In this document: positions 37,540 through 55,293 of the stretch, piece by piece | Layout: each line of letters opens with the position of its first letter | Numbering within the stretch: the first letter of the stretch is position 1 | DNA from: the human T2T-CHM13v2.0 reference genome, Homo sapiens | Reading direction: 5' to 3' (one strand) | Length of the DNA stretch: 64,000 bases | Assembly: GCF_009914755.1 (NCBI RefSeq) | Contig: NC_060935.1 | Program-made: the position numbers and the translations under genes | Notes under the pieces: model-generated | What the model was told of the DNA's origin: nothing | The model's database searches: none | Seen by the model: only the letters and a program-made list of their open reading frames with translations

Positions 37540-40380
37540 TTCCATTAATCGGGATAGATTGAGCCCACACCTTTATCTCTATTTCCTTCCAAAACCCTCT
37601 TAAGCCAACTGTAAAGGAACAAAGAAAGTATGAATCCACCAAGAAAAGAGGAATAGAAGAAGAAACAAGATAGTTCAACACATTTCAGATGAATACCACA
37701 GATGAAGGAGGTAACTGATTATGCAGAGTGGAGGAGGCTGAAACCCTGTGCCTGCTGCAGGGAACAGTGAGAAGGAAACAAATTTTGTCTTGGAAGACAA
37801 TGAAAAGCCTCAGGACTGAGAAGCACCAAGTGTCTTTGAAAGTCGGGTAAGGATAGGGCTGAAATCAGAGGCGTTGCCTGAAAGTATATTTATGGGGGGT
37901 AGTTAGATGCCCAGATTCTCCCCAACACACATAACTAGGCAACCTATCTCTTGCTATACCTAACGAACACCACACATTTATTATCTGGCGAAACTGACCC
38001 AGGGCAGCCCTGGACCTGGAAGAAGAGTCATCAGAGGGTGGGAGTGAGGATCAGAATGAAACAAATGGGTTAAGTGAGTAAGTGACAGTCTATGTAAAGG
38101 ATGATGGGACTCCCCCCAGCCCCCTTCCGGCATCCTGCTCCAGAAAGTCAACAACTAAGCATATACACCCCAAGACAGAAGATTAGGGGAAAAGTTCATA
38201 AATATTGATCTCTGGAAGTTTACCAATGGAAAAGCTTCCCCAACTCATCAGTCCAAACATCTTACAAGGAAGTCAGCAGCCAGTGCATCCTCCCCATGCC
38301 CACAGAGTCTCATGTAGTATCTCTTTTCAATATAAACAGCCAGCTAAAGATCATCAGATCTTTAGAGAGGAAAACCTCTGTATCAGTTAGAATCTCAGCA
38401 GAAGACCACATCAAACTGGACAGCAGGTGAGAGTTTAATAAAGGAACCATTTACAGAGGTATGGACAATGTTTATATTCCAGGACTACTAGATAAAACTA
38501 GAGCTCTACCACCTCTAAGCCTGAAGAAGTAAGGGAAAGGAGTGGTTACCCTTGGAGAGGGTGAATTGGAGAGGGTGAAGTTAAGGAGAGGGACACCAGA
38601 CTGGAATCCCTGATAGAGGGATGCAGCCATGGCAGGTAAGCAGGGAGAAGCTAGGAGAATAAATACCCTGACCTCGTTGTTTTTCAGTCCTGAGATCTGC
38701 CGTTCCTCTCATTAGCTGAACCCAACCAGAAGCCAGAGGGCCAGTTGATGCAGGCCATAGAGAGGCCATCCTCCCTAGGGATATATGGAGTGTGAAAAAA
38801 GGTGGATAATGCATCTACAGGGCAAACAAAAAACATAAAGCACAGTCTCCAGTGTGAAAGACAGAACCCAAAACAAAGAAATAGAAAATTAAAAATTGGA
38901 AAAAAACAGAGTCAAGGCAGAGAAGAAAACATTTTTTTAAACTCTATAATTAATATCCATAGAAAAATGATAGATGATATGGCAATATAAACAAGAACAG
39001 AAAACTATTTTAAAGGATTAAAAATAAGAAAGAACCTTAGAAATTAAAAATAATAGCTGAATAAAAGTTCCATTAGAAAAGTTGGAAGATCAAGTCAAAA
39101 AATTTTCTCACAAAGTGGTAAGAAAAGTAAAAACATGCCCAAGAGGAAAGAAAAGATAAGAAAATTAGGAGTCAGGAAATTCAATATACATTCAATAGAA
39201 GTCCCTGAAAGACAGAACAAAGAAAAATAAGGAAAAAATTGTAAAACAATTTCAAGAAAGATTTCCCAGAACTGGCAGGCCTAAGCCTCTGGACTGAGAA
39301 GGCTCAATAAATACCAGAACAATGAATAAAGAAGATACATATCAAGGCATGTCATCATAAAATTTCAAAACACTGAAGTAAAGAGAAGTTCCTAAGAATT
39401 TCAAGGAAAAAAAAATGGCAACGTACAAAGAAACAGGAATTAGAAAAAGCAGCAGACTTCTCAATAGTAACATTAGATGCTAGAGGACAATGGGAAATGC
39501 ATGCAAAAGTCAGAATGAAAAAAATTGCCAACCTAGATTTCTACAAACAGTGAAAGTGTCAATCAAATGTGAAAATAGAGTAAGTATATTTTCAGAATTT
39601 CAAAGAACCAAAAAATTTATCTTCAACTCCTCTTTTCCGGGAAAGGTACTGAGTCCTGTGCCCCACCAAAATGAGACTAATCTAAAGAAGAAGGAAGATA
39701 GGGAACAGGGATTTAACACAGGGAAATGGTATAGAGAAGTCATCACGTAACCACGGTGCAGGCCTAGAGTAACCATTTCAGAGTGGAACAGAAAGGCTGA
39801 ACCCCAGAGTGGCATGTGGTGAAAGTGGGGGTGGGGAGACTGCTGAAAGAGTTGACGTCTTTGACCATGTTGCAAAGCGTGTAAGAGGTGTTTTATAGAT
39901 GTTTTGGAGGCATTTGGGAACAATTAGTAATTGGTATATAGAAAGTCAGTTAAAGGAAGGGGAAAATAAACAGGCAAGTTTAACTCCAGGAAAAGAAAAG
40001 TATAGCATAGGAACCATATCATGATATATTACTTGGCTTAGCAGTGAGAACAGTATTTACACTACTCATAATAATAGACTAATGACTTAACTACACGTGA
40101 GGATGGAGGGAAGGGAAATGAAGGTGGTGGTATAAGATAATTAAATTTTTATTTATAAGAAAGCAACAGATAAAATTTATTTTAAAATTGATATCTTAAA
40201 TAGACATTTAGTTTAGAAATATAGAGATAGACACCCCAAAATAATTCAAAATGGTTGGCTCCGGAAATTGGACAAAAGAGTGGGAAAAGGTGAGGCAGAA
40301 ATTGCCATTACTAAGCCTTTTAGTATTTAGAAAATTTTTAAACTATGTACATACACTATTTTGTAATAAACAAAAGGTAA
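37540..40380 (+). mobile_element. HAL1 (half-L1, ORF1-only) element, near full length, interrupted by LTR33
   Basis: Degenerate ORF1-like A-rich region ~38900-39620 ('agacttctcaatagtaacattagatgctagaggacaatggg...ccaacctagatttctac') leads directly to a HAL1-type 3' end 'gcctttagtatttag...aaactatgtacatacactattttgtaataaa' with no ORF2. Confidence 0.7.
38379..38844 (-). mobile_element. LTR33-type ERVL solo LTR
   Basis: 'tgtatcagttagaatctcagcagaagaccacatcaaactgg...gagagtttaataaaggaaccatttacagagg...aacccaaccagaagccagaggg...gggcaaac...gcaca'. Confidence 0.7.
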
Positions 40381-43328
40381 TCTAATTTAAGAGTGCATGC
40401 TCCAGAATCAGATAACCTAGCTCAAATCCTGGTTTCATCAAATATGAGTTTAAGATCTTAATAGGTTTAGCTTTTCTGAGCCTCATTTTCCTCATCTGTA
40501 GAACAGGGTTATATGTTAAGAATACAGAAGCGTATGTAAGATACACACACAGTGGATGTAACAGTGTGTAAGAGCTTAGTGAGACAGTGTAAGAGTTGAG
40601 TCCGGCACTTGGCATACAGTAAGTTCCCTGAGGAGCAAGAAGGGATCATCATGAGATGGTCAGATCACCTCAGCTTTGTTTCAAGAGTGAAGGCTAAACC
40701 CTCTCCACCCTAACACCCACAATAATCAGGTAGCAAGCAGTGAGGGAAAGGGCCATTTCCTATGTCCTCTCACTTCATCCACAAGGCTTAGCTTCATATT
40801 GTGTACCCAGGAAGAACATTTCCAGTAATGCATGTCTGTGGCATTGACTTAAGAATAGAGGAGCAAGAGAGATGACAAAGAGGGCCATATGGGAAGCAAG
40901 GCGAAACACCAGAAAGAGCACTGAAGTGAGTCAGAGGAAACAGAAACAGACATTCTGAGCACCTACTCTGTGCCAAGAGCTTTTCCATAAACCACATAAT
41001 TCGCTCCAATGATACACACATACAGAAGCTATTATTATCTCAGTCTTTAAGGATGAGAAACCCACAGTTTAGAGAGGGTGGCAATCTTGCCCGTGGTCAG
41101 ATATCAAGATATTAAGCAGCAGAACTGGAAATGGAACCCATGACTTAACAACTCCAAGGCCTCATGCCCCTTACACTACATTATGCTGCTTGGGGCAAAT
41201 CATGCAATCCTTCTGAGATTCCATTTCCCCACTGTACAGTAGGGATTGTACTTTCTCTGAGAACTTCAGAGTTACTGTAAGAATGAAAAGAGTTGGTGAG
41301 TCAAAGAGCCTGATACACTATGAAGCAGTGAGCACACATGAGGACCTACTGACACATGCATGCGTGCCGCAAGGGCTACACTGTGGAGCTTCCTAAGTCA
41401 GCTGTTTGGCTTGGTTGTCATGGGAAGAGAAAAGGGCTGGCTTTGGCCTAGGCCTGGAGTTGCCAACTAGAATGGGGCAGAATCTGGATAAAGGAGTCTG
41501 ATGGGGATTCTAGAGCCACAGTCAGACTGTAAATCATGACATCCCCTATCCAATAGGTCGGTAGCATCTTGTCTCGCTAAAAAGCAAAAACTTACCAAAT
41601 TAATATCTTACAAAGCCACAAGATTGAAACCACTGCCATTCCTCCCAGGTTTCTCTGTTGAACAGTACTAGCTTCTAAAAATAGATCAAATCAAGTCATT
41701 TCTCTGCTTTAAAACCTTTCCTGCACCTTTACCCCACAGGATGAAGTTCTAGTTCCTTAGCCTGACATTAAAGCTTTTACGATCTGAACGTAGCCATCAC
41801 TGTAGCCTTGTCTCCCACTGCTCTGCTCCCCTCCAGAGGCCCTCATTTCCCCCAGTTTGCCATGCCTTCTCCATACTTTTGTTCATGTTGATCATATTCC
41901 CTGGAATACCTTTCTCTTCTTCATACTCATCCGTTAAGACCCACTTCAAGGATCATCTCTTCTAAGAAGCATTCCCTAACCCCATGTTAGGATGAAGGTG
42001 TGAATTTACAGCTAAACAAAACAGCCTCAAAGTGAGAGAGCTAGTAGAGACCTCAAAGATTATCTTACTCAATTCTCCTATTTTATCCATAAAGAAAAGG
42101 AGGCCTGTAGAAGGAAAGTGGCCTGCCCAAGGTGTCAGCAGCTTGTCTAGTACTCAGGTATTCTGTCCCAGTACTCTTCCTATTGCATGGTACAGCTTCT
42201 TAATAAATGAATTCATGAATGGACAAATAGGCAAACCGAATGTTGCTAAAGCACTGCCCAGGGACAGCACGGTGAATGAATAGTCATAGCTGTTCTACAT
42301 TTAAGGGCTTTAGGTGCACCAAGGAGGAACAGAGGATTCCAGAGGCAAGAGGCAGCAGGGACAGCAGTCATAGGACAGGTGATACAGAGGGGCACTAGCA
42401 TAAGCTGAGGCCTGTGGATGCGGAGAGGCAATACTGTGAGTCTGAGTTTTGCAGATACGATGGTGCTGCCCAGGCTCAGGAAGCTAGTGCCTGTCTAAGG
42501 AAGGACAGAGCAGGCTCATGGGCTGGACTGCCTGGCCATTGTCAAAGCTGCCCAATGTCACATGTGGTTGTCCCCTAGTTGCTATGCTATGGTAGATAAG
42601 ACAAAAGGATGGGGGCTGGTCTCTGCCCCTACAAACAAGTACCATCAGTAATGCTAGCTCTGCTGTTGCTTTTTCCTGTCTTCCAAAGCCACATGCATAT
42701 TAAAAGTTCAGTTTATGCTGCTTGATATGCTAATTAACCTAAGTCAAACCTCTGCAGGGAGCAGCACAAGAAGCGGCAAGTGCAGACCTTGCAGTCAGCA
42801 GACCTTAGTTTGAATTCTGGGCTCTACTTCTTTGAGTTCTCATCTGAAAAACGGGGACAATTTCTATCTACTTTCTACCCTGCATGGTGATAACTAAGTG
42901 AGATGATATATGCAAAATGTTCAGAATAGTGTCAGCACTTTGTACTTAACTACATCACTTCAGTTTTACTCTGTAAAAAGGTATTATCCTTTAACGAAAA
43001 AAAAGTTTTATCTGCTATAATTGTCAACTTCTGAAGAATCTTCCTAAATAACCCACGATAGTTCTACACTGTCTAAACAATAAAGTCAATGCCTTTCAGC
43101 ATGCTGTTGGAGACCTGGTCCTAAGCTGTTTTGCTGGCTGACCACTTGTCCCTCAACCATTCACACTTTAGAGCCTTCTTTCCCTTTGCTCATGCTTATC
43201 CCTCAGCACAGAATGCTGCTCTTTACCCTTCCTCCACTGAGGAGCCACTTCTTCCATAAGGATTTCCAAAATCAATCATTCTTACCTCTTCATTCTTTCT
43301 CCTAGTTCTTATCATGGTCTGCTTTGTA

Positions 43329-43355
43329 TTCATTCATTCATTCATTCATTCATTC
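43329..43355. repeat. (TTCA)n microsatellite (L2 tail-derived)
   Basis: ttcattcattcattcattcattcattca. Confidence 0.85.
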
Positions 43356-44368
43356 AGTATTTAAGTCCAAAGTATGGCCAAATTTAATTCCCATAGCTCT
43401 CTTTCCCACTAAATGTGAGTTCCATGAATGTGAATTCCATGAATGTTGTATTCCTCCACAGCATCCATAACACTACATGGCACATCATCAGACACTAGTA
43501 AGCTGAAAGGAGAGAATGAGAAAATATTGCATATAATGTTCATTGAGTATTTAACAAACACATGAAGCACCTATTGCATGCATGGCAAGTATAGATGGTC
43601 TGAGTCTATGAAGATGTTAAACACAGTTTGTGGACATGAAGACAGACTTTGAGAGTTGCAGAAGACTTTAGAAATTGTCTAGTCCAGCTCCCACATTTCC
43701 CAGATGGGGATTCTAGAGGCCCAGAGAAGGAGAGTAACTGCCTAGGATAACACAGAGAGTTATCACCATAACTCTAGTTATGGTGCACAGTGGAAGGCTG
43801 TCTCTAACTTGCTCTAATTTTTTGTATTTTCCTCTTTGAGTTCACATTAGATTTACTTTCGCAAGGCCTCAAGCCTCTTGAGTAACTGTAAACAAGTGCA
43901 GTGGGTCACAAATGCAGTTTCTACTACTGTAAGCAACCCTAAAAAGGACCAGAGCATTGTGCTAAACAGGTGGTCAACCTTGTGCCTAAAATGGCCAGCA
44001 TGAAAGAGTAATTTAGCAAGTATGGGAGCCTCCTCAACAGCCTGGCACCCTCACCTGTGGTGTCATATAGAATGACTCCTGTGGAGTGATATAAATGTCG
44101 CTTCTTTAGGAACAGTGAAAAATCCACCTTGATTGAGAGGTAAAAAGTTACATCTTGGGATTTGAAGCTATGCCTTGAAAATGTATGACTTAACAGAAAT
44201 GTGACTTGAGCAATAAGCAAGATTCTGTAAAAAAAACACTCTGTATTTATTGTGAAACATCTTTCTTAAATGTAAAAGGTTTATCATGTTTCTGGCCTGT
44301 TGGAGAGGAAAATATGGTGCCCCAAGCGGCCAGGTGTGGTAGTGGCAACGAATATATCAGTTCCAGGG

Positions 44369-44673
44369 CTGAGAAAGGCAAGATCTGGGACAGAGCACTG
44401 GTAACCAAGAGAGCTAAAAAACTGTTGCTCTGCCTTTAGCTGCTGTCTCCCTGTCTGGCAAACAGCTCAGGCAACCACTTGAGAAAGCCCCTTGAGAACC
44501 AGGCACCATCTCCTTCTGAATAGCACAAGCTAAACTTGAGTGCTAGTCCCAGCTCTGCTACTGACCAGCTGTGCAATTTTGGGTAATGCCTTAGGACTGC
44601 TCTCGTAGCAACAGGACCCAGGAAGGCAGCCAAAGAATTCAATAAACAGTTTTGAGATAACTGATCAGCCATT
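44369..44673 (+). repeat. Donor copy of a 305-bp local direct duplication
   Basis: Aligns without gaps to 45745-46049 (offset 1376); 13 mismatches by manual count. Confidence 0.95.
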
Positions 44674-45744
44674 TAAAAAATTGTGAGGCTGAATGCACAC
44701 CTGACTTATACCAGGATAAATTCCATATGGATCGAAGATTTAGATGCCAAAAATAAAACCATAAAAATATAGTCATGCTATTTTGTTGACCAAAACATCA
44801 CCAAGTTTCGGTCAACAACTGGACCATATATACAATGGTAGTCCCATAAGATTATAAGGGAGCTGAAAAAATTCCTATTGCCTACTGCCATAGTAGCTGT
44901 GATAATGTTGTAACACAACACATTACTCACATGTTTGTGATGATGCTGGTGTAAACAAACCTACTGTGCTTCTAGTCATATAAAAGTCTACCACATACAA
45001 TTATGTACAGTATGTAATAATACTTGATAAATAAATGACTATGTTACTGGTTTGTGTATTTACTATACTATACTTTTTATTGTTATTTTGGAGTGTATTC
45101 CTTCTACTTATCTTTTTTTTAAGTTAACTGTAAAAATACCTCCTAAAAGGCAGGTCCTTCAGGAGATATTACAGAAGAAGGCATTGTTACCATTGGAGAT
45201 GATGGCTCCATACATGCCTCTGAAGACCTTCCAGTGAGACAAGATGTGGAGGTGAAAGACAGTGATATTGATAATTCTGACCCCGTACAGGCCTGAGCTA
45301 ATGTGTGTGTTTGTGTTTTAAACAAAAAAGTTTAAAAAGCAAAATAATAATAATAATAATTTAAGAAATAGAAAATAGCTTATAAAATATATTAAAAAAT
45401 ATTTTTGTACTGTGTACAATGTGTTTTAAGCTGTGTTATTACAAGAGTAAAAAAGTTTTTTAAAGTTCATAAAGCAACATGTTATAGTAAGCTATGGTTA
45501 ATTTACGTTTGAAGAAAGAGATTTTTTGTGTGTAATTCAGTGTAGCCTAAGTGCACAGTATTTACAGCCTAAGTGTATAGTGTTTATAAAGGCTACAGTA
45601 GTATATAATAATGTCCTGGGCCTTCATATTCACTCATCACTCACTCACTGACTCACCCAGAACAACTTCCAGTCCTGAAAGCTCCATTCATAGTAAATGC
45701 CGTATACAGATGTATCATCTTTAATCTTTTGTACCATATTTTGC

Positions 45745-46049
45745 CTGAGAAAGGCAAGACCTGGGACAGAGCACTGGTAACCAATAGAACTAAAAAACTG
45801 TTGCTCTGCCTTTAGCTGCTGTCTCCCTGTCTGGCAAACAGCTCAAGCAACCACTTGAGAAAGCCCCTTGAGAATCAGGCACCATCTCCTTCTGAATAGC
45901 ACAAGCTAGACTTGAGTGCTAGTCCCAGCTCTGCTACTGACCAGCTGTGCAATTTTGGGTAATGCCTTACGGCTGCTCTGGTAGCAACAGGACCCAGGAA
46001 GGCAGCCAAAGAACTCCATAAATAGTTTTCAGATAACTGATCAGCCATT
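45745..46049 (+). repeat. Inserted copy of the 305-bp duplication inside Tigger3b
   Basis: ~96% identical to 44369-44673; Tigger3b sequence on both sides. Confidence 0.95.
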
Positions 46050-46170
46050 GTGTTACAATTGCCTACAGTATTCAGTACAGTAACATGCTGTCCAGGTTTA
46101 TAGCCCAGGAGCAACAGGCTAAACCATATAGCCTAGGTGTGTACTAGGCTATACCATCTAGGTTTGTTAA

Positions 46171-48808
<2,638 letters not shown>

Positions 48809-49127
48809 ACGTATCCCGATTTTTAGGCAATGCATGACCATACTAGAATAAAATATAAAGAAAGACCATTATACTCTGGAGGAGAGAAGGATTCCCTGAC
48901 TCAAAATCCAAAAGCCATACAGGAAAAGACTGATACATTTAATCTATAGTAAAATAAAAGGTTGCATGACAAAATATTACAGACAAAATAAACAAAAACA
49001 TCAAAAACAGAAGATAAAAAGCTGGGAAAATACATTTGCAATTCAAATCACAGAACAATGCCTAATCTCCCTAATATGTAAAGAACACCTAGACATTTAT
49101 TAGAAAAAGACTGACAATATAAAAGGC

Positions 49128-49476
49128 TGTCTTAGTCCTTCTGGGCTGCTATAACAAAATACCTTAGACCGGAAAATGTATAAATAATACAAGTTCTGGA
49201 GGCTGGGAAGTCCAAGATCAAGGTACCAGCTGATCTGATGGTATATAGTGAGGGCCTATTCCTTTTAGATGGCACCTTTTAAATGTCCTCACATGGCAAA
49301 AGGGGTGAACAAGCTCCCTTGGACCTCTTTTATAAGGGTACTAACACCATTCTTGAGGGTAGAGCCCTCATGACCTAATCACCTCCCAAACACCCCACCT
49401 CTTAATGCTATCACGTTAGGGAATAAATATCAACATAAAATTTTTTGAAAGACACAAACATTCAGACTCTATAGCA
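49128..49476 (-). mobile_element. MLT1A-type MaLR solo LTR
   Basis: 'tgtcttagtccttctgggctgctataacaaaataccttagacc...gacacaaacattcagactctatagca'; TSD ~aaggc. Confidence 0.8.
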
Positions 49477-49489
49477 AGGCAAAGGATAT

Positions 49490-50382
49490 TGAGGTAGAAA
49501 AAATAATGGCCTCCTAAAGATGTCCATGTCCTAATTCCTAGAGCCTATGAATATGTTTTGTTACATGGCAAGGGGAACTGAGTTATCAGATAAAATTAAG
49601 GTTGCTAATTAGCTGATATTAAGACAGGGAGTGATATGGTTTAGCTGTGTTCCCACCCAAAATCTCATCTTGAATTGTAATACCCATAATCCCCACATGT
49701 CAAGGGAGAGACCAGGTGGAGGTAATTGAATCAGGGGGGCAGTTTCCCCCATGCTGTTCTTGTGATAGTGAGTAAATTCTCATGAGATCTGATGGTTTTA
49801 TAAGGGGCTCTTCCCCACTTCATTTGGCACTTCTCCTTCCTGCCACCTTGTGAAGAAGGTGCCTTGCTTCCCCTTCACCTTCCACCATGATTGTAAGTTT
49901 CCTGACGCCTCCCCAGCCACACTGAACTGTGAGTCAATTAAACCTCTTTCCTTTATAAATTATCCAGTCTTGGGCAGTTATTTACAGCAGTATGAAAATG
50001 TACTAATACAGGGAGATTATGCTGGATTATCCAGGCAGGGATGATGTAATCAGAAAGGTCCTTAAATGTAGAAAAGGGAGGCAGAAGAGTCAGTGTCAGA
50101 GTGATGCAGTAGGAGAAAGACTTGAAAAGCTATGGCTGGCTTTGAAGATGGAAGAGGTCATAAGTCAAGGAATATAGGTAGCCTTTAGTAGCTAGAAAGG
50201 GCAAGAAAATGAATTCTCTCTGGAACTTCCAGGAAGGAATGAAGGCTGCCAACAGCTTGATTTTAGCCAAGTGAGACCCATCTTAGATTTCTGACCTCAA
50301 ACTTGAAGATAATACATTTGTCTTGTTTTAAGCCATTAATTTTATGGTAATTTGTTATAGCAACAATGAACAAAACTAATAC
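49490..50382 (+). mobile_element. MLT1D MaLR LTR interrupted by a THE1D solo LTR
   Basis: 'aataatggcctcctaaagatgtccatgtcctaattcctagagcctatgaatatg...aaggttgctaattagctga...gggagattatgctggattatcc...ttgttatagcaacaatgaacaaaactaatac'. Confidence 0.85.
49632..50010 (+). mobile_element. THE1D solo LTR
   Basis: tgatatggtttagctgtg...'cataatccccacatgtcaagggagagaccaggtggaggtaattg'...taataca; TSD GGGAG 49627-49631 and 50011-50015. Confidence 0.88.
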
Positions 50383-50469
50383 GGGTGTGAATGAAAAACT
50401 CCTCATAAAAGAGAAAATACAAATAGTTCTTGAACATATAAAAAGAAGCTCAACCTTCATTTATAATAA

Positions 50470-52810
<2,341 letters not shown>

Positions 52811-53381
52811 ATGAAGTACTCCTATCTGGTGGCTTTAAAAACAGGCCAGACTGTCACCAGTCTGCAGGAAGGCAGCATCGGTCCACAGGCTCTGAAATTA
52901 GAGGTGGGGGTAAAAGACCTAACACACAAATTCTTCCTACTTGTGTGACCTGGGTGGAGTAAACTGCTCACCTTCAGCTTCATTTTCCCGTACCTAGAAG
53001 ATGGGATTAACCAGAGTACCAGCTCATCAATTTGCTGTGAGGATTAAATGGGATGAGGTAGGTAAAGCATTTACATTCTGCCTATCTCATTGTGCACAGA
53101 AACATACAAATTTGTATCTGCCTCTAAGCTCTCTACAAGGCCCTAGGGTTTGGAGATATCACCACTCAGAGGAATATCCAGTGCCAAAAAAAGAGTTATT
53201 TCTCTATTTTCCTATTAAATTCTTACATGAAATTGCTTGATGGTTTCATGCCAAGGTTAGATGTTCTGCCATACATATTATAAAGGTACAATGGTTCAAC
53301 AGTTGAAAATCATCTGTGAAATGAAAAAAAAATCCATGCATATATTATAGCTCCAATTTAGTAAAAGAACTGGCTCTGCTT

Positions 53382-53416
53382 GGAGGAGGAGGAGGAGGAG
53401 GAGGAGGAGGAGGAGG
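53382..53416. repeat. (GGA)11 trinucleotide repeat
   Basis: Uninterrupted ggaggagga... over 35 nt. Confidence 0.95.
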
Positions 53417-53565
53417 CATCACACTTTCCTGCCAATAACCAACCCTTTAACAATGCCTGTCTGGCAAGCCTGAGTGCTCCAGGAAAGGGCCACCAATAAA
53501 ATCCTTCCAAGGGTCTGTGTGGAGCAGGGAGAGAGGAAACGCAGTCAGCTCTTTTTTCTCCGCAG

Positions 53566-53684
53566 GAAGGGAAGACAAAACAACTGCACATCAGGAAGAA
53601 GGCAAGCAAATTGCCAATTCAAGCCAAAATAAGCTGCTCCTGGTGGAAGCACAACAGCTGGAGCCAATTCATCCAGACACAGAG
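53566..53684 (+). other. Candidate spliced exon (119 nt)
   Basis: ctcttttttctccgcag|GAAGGG...GACACAGAG|gtgagg; strong acceptor and donor in unique sequence. Confidence 0.3.
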
Positions 53685-54964
53685 GTGAGGGGCCTGAAAG
53701 CAGAGCTGGATCTGGGGACCCTGCCTCTGAAAGGCAGGGATCTTCTCAGCAAGTGATGGCCACATGCCCTCAGTTCACCTCAGTCTATGCCCACAAATGG
53801 GAGTTAGCCAGTGAGCTTTGTCAGATGTGGAAAGAAATCCTAGGTGGAAAGGAAGAGAGTGAATCAGTGAAGCAGCCAAGTGGACAACACCTGCGGAGCA
53901 CCTATGACATGGCGGGTACTGAGCATGTACTTGACATACCTATGCCATTGGGAAGAACAACTTCTGGGAGTGGGTATCATGATGTCGATTTTACAAATGA
54001 GGAATCAGGCTTGGTGAGGCAGAGTGATTGTACAAGGCATATAGGCAGAGAATGCCCAAGCCAGCCATGGTCAATGGCCTCAGCTCTCTCTTTTCTGATT
54101 GTCACCTGAGTCTCTCTATGCTCAGCTCCAACAGTTCTTCCTTAGTCTAAAGCAGGAACTCATACCACTTCACCATTCTGTCTAGTCATGGGGGCACCTG
54201 GTGGCAAAGACAAAACATGTCAAGAGAAACTTAATTGGAAAACTAAGGAAGTAACTAAACCAAATTTCAAAAGAAGGGGAACAAAGAAACCCAGAAGCAC
54301 ATAAAGCAGCAGAGTAAAATTTCCATCTTCTCAAGAAACTGAAATGTGGCTTCCATGGGGCTTGCTTCAGGCTGGAACATGCAGGGCCTGAGTCCCTGTC
54401 TGGGACAATGAATAGCAGAATCCTGTCCTTGAACAAATCTGGGCTAGGACTGTTTCCAGGGCTGCTTGGATGTGCAGATTCCCCAGTGGGAACCCCAGGC
54501 TCCAGTTTACAAATCCATCCTGCAGCTATGCTGAGATCTTGCCATGGACCCTGATATCCAGGCTGGGAAAGACACTTCCTTCTCTAGCTCCTGAGATTCC
54601 TACCCTGGCCTCAGGCTTATAATTACTTCCTTCCTTGAGGTCTTAATATAGAATAATAATAATAGCAGCTAACATTTATTGAGTCTTTACTTTTGTGTTA
54701 GGCATTGTTCTTAGCACTTTACCTAACAACCCTATGAAGTCAATAATATTATATCCCAGATGAGGTGATCAAGACATAGAGAAGGTAAGCCACTTATACA
54801 GGTTACACAGCTTGTAAGTGGAGAAGACAGAATCTGGATCCAGGCAATCTGTCCCCAGTGCCTGAGCTCTTCTTAACTACTACCCATACTACTTCAGGCC
54901 ACTGGAAATGACAGAATAGAGGAGCAGTTTTGGAAGTCAGGCAGACAGCTCTACTATTTATTGC

Positions 54965-55293
54965 TGTAACCGTAGGACCAATTCAAACCAAGTAATCACT
55001 GCTTAAGTTACAGGTAGTGCAGAGCCAAAGTTACCTGGCATGCTCAGGAGAAAAGCTTTAGCAGCCTAATTGTTAGCATCACCAGCCTGGCTGACCAGCT
55101 GCACTGGCATCACCTGGGATTAGTTTAAAATGCCATAAAAGCTTGACCCACTCCCAGATCGGGGAGATGGATTTGAGCGTTGCCTCCCTGTCTCCTTGTC
55201 AATTGACTCACAATAAACTTTCTTTTCTCAAAGCCAGTGTCACAGCATTCGCTTCTATGTGCGCTGGGCAGCGAGTCCATTGCTCAGGTAACA
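54965..55293 (+). mobile_element. ERV1-class solo LTR (MER34/MER72-group-like)
   Basis: TG...CA ends (tgtaac...gtaaca); 4-bp TSD ttgc/ctgc; 'gagatggatttgagcgttgcctccctgtctcc', AATAAA and 'gggcagcgagtccattgctc'. Confidence 0.75.
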
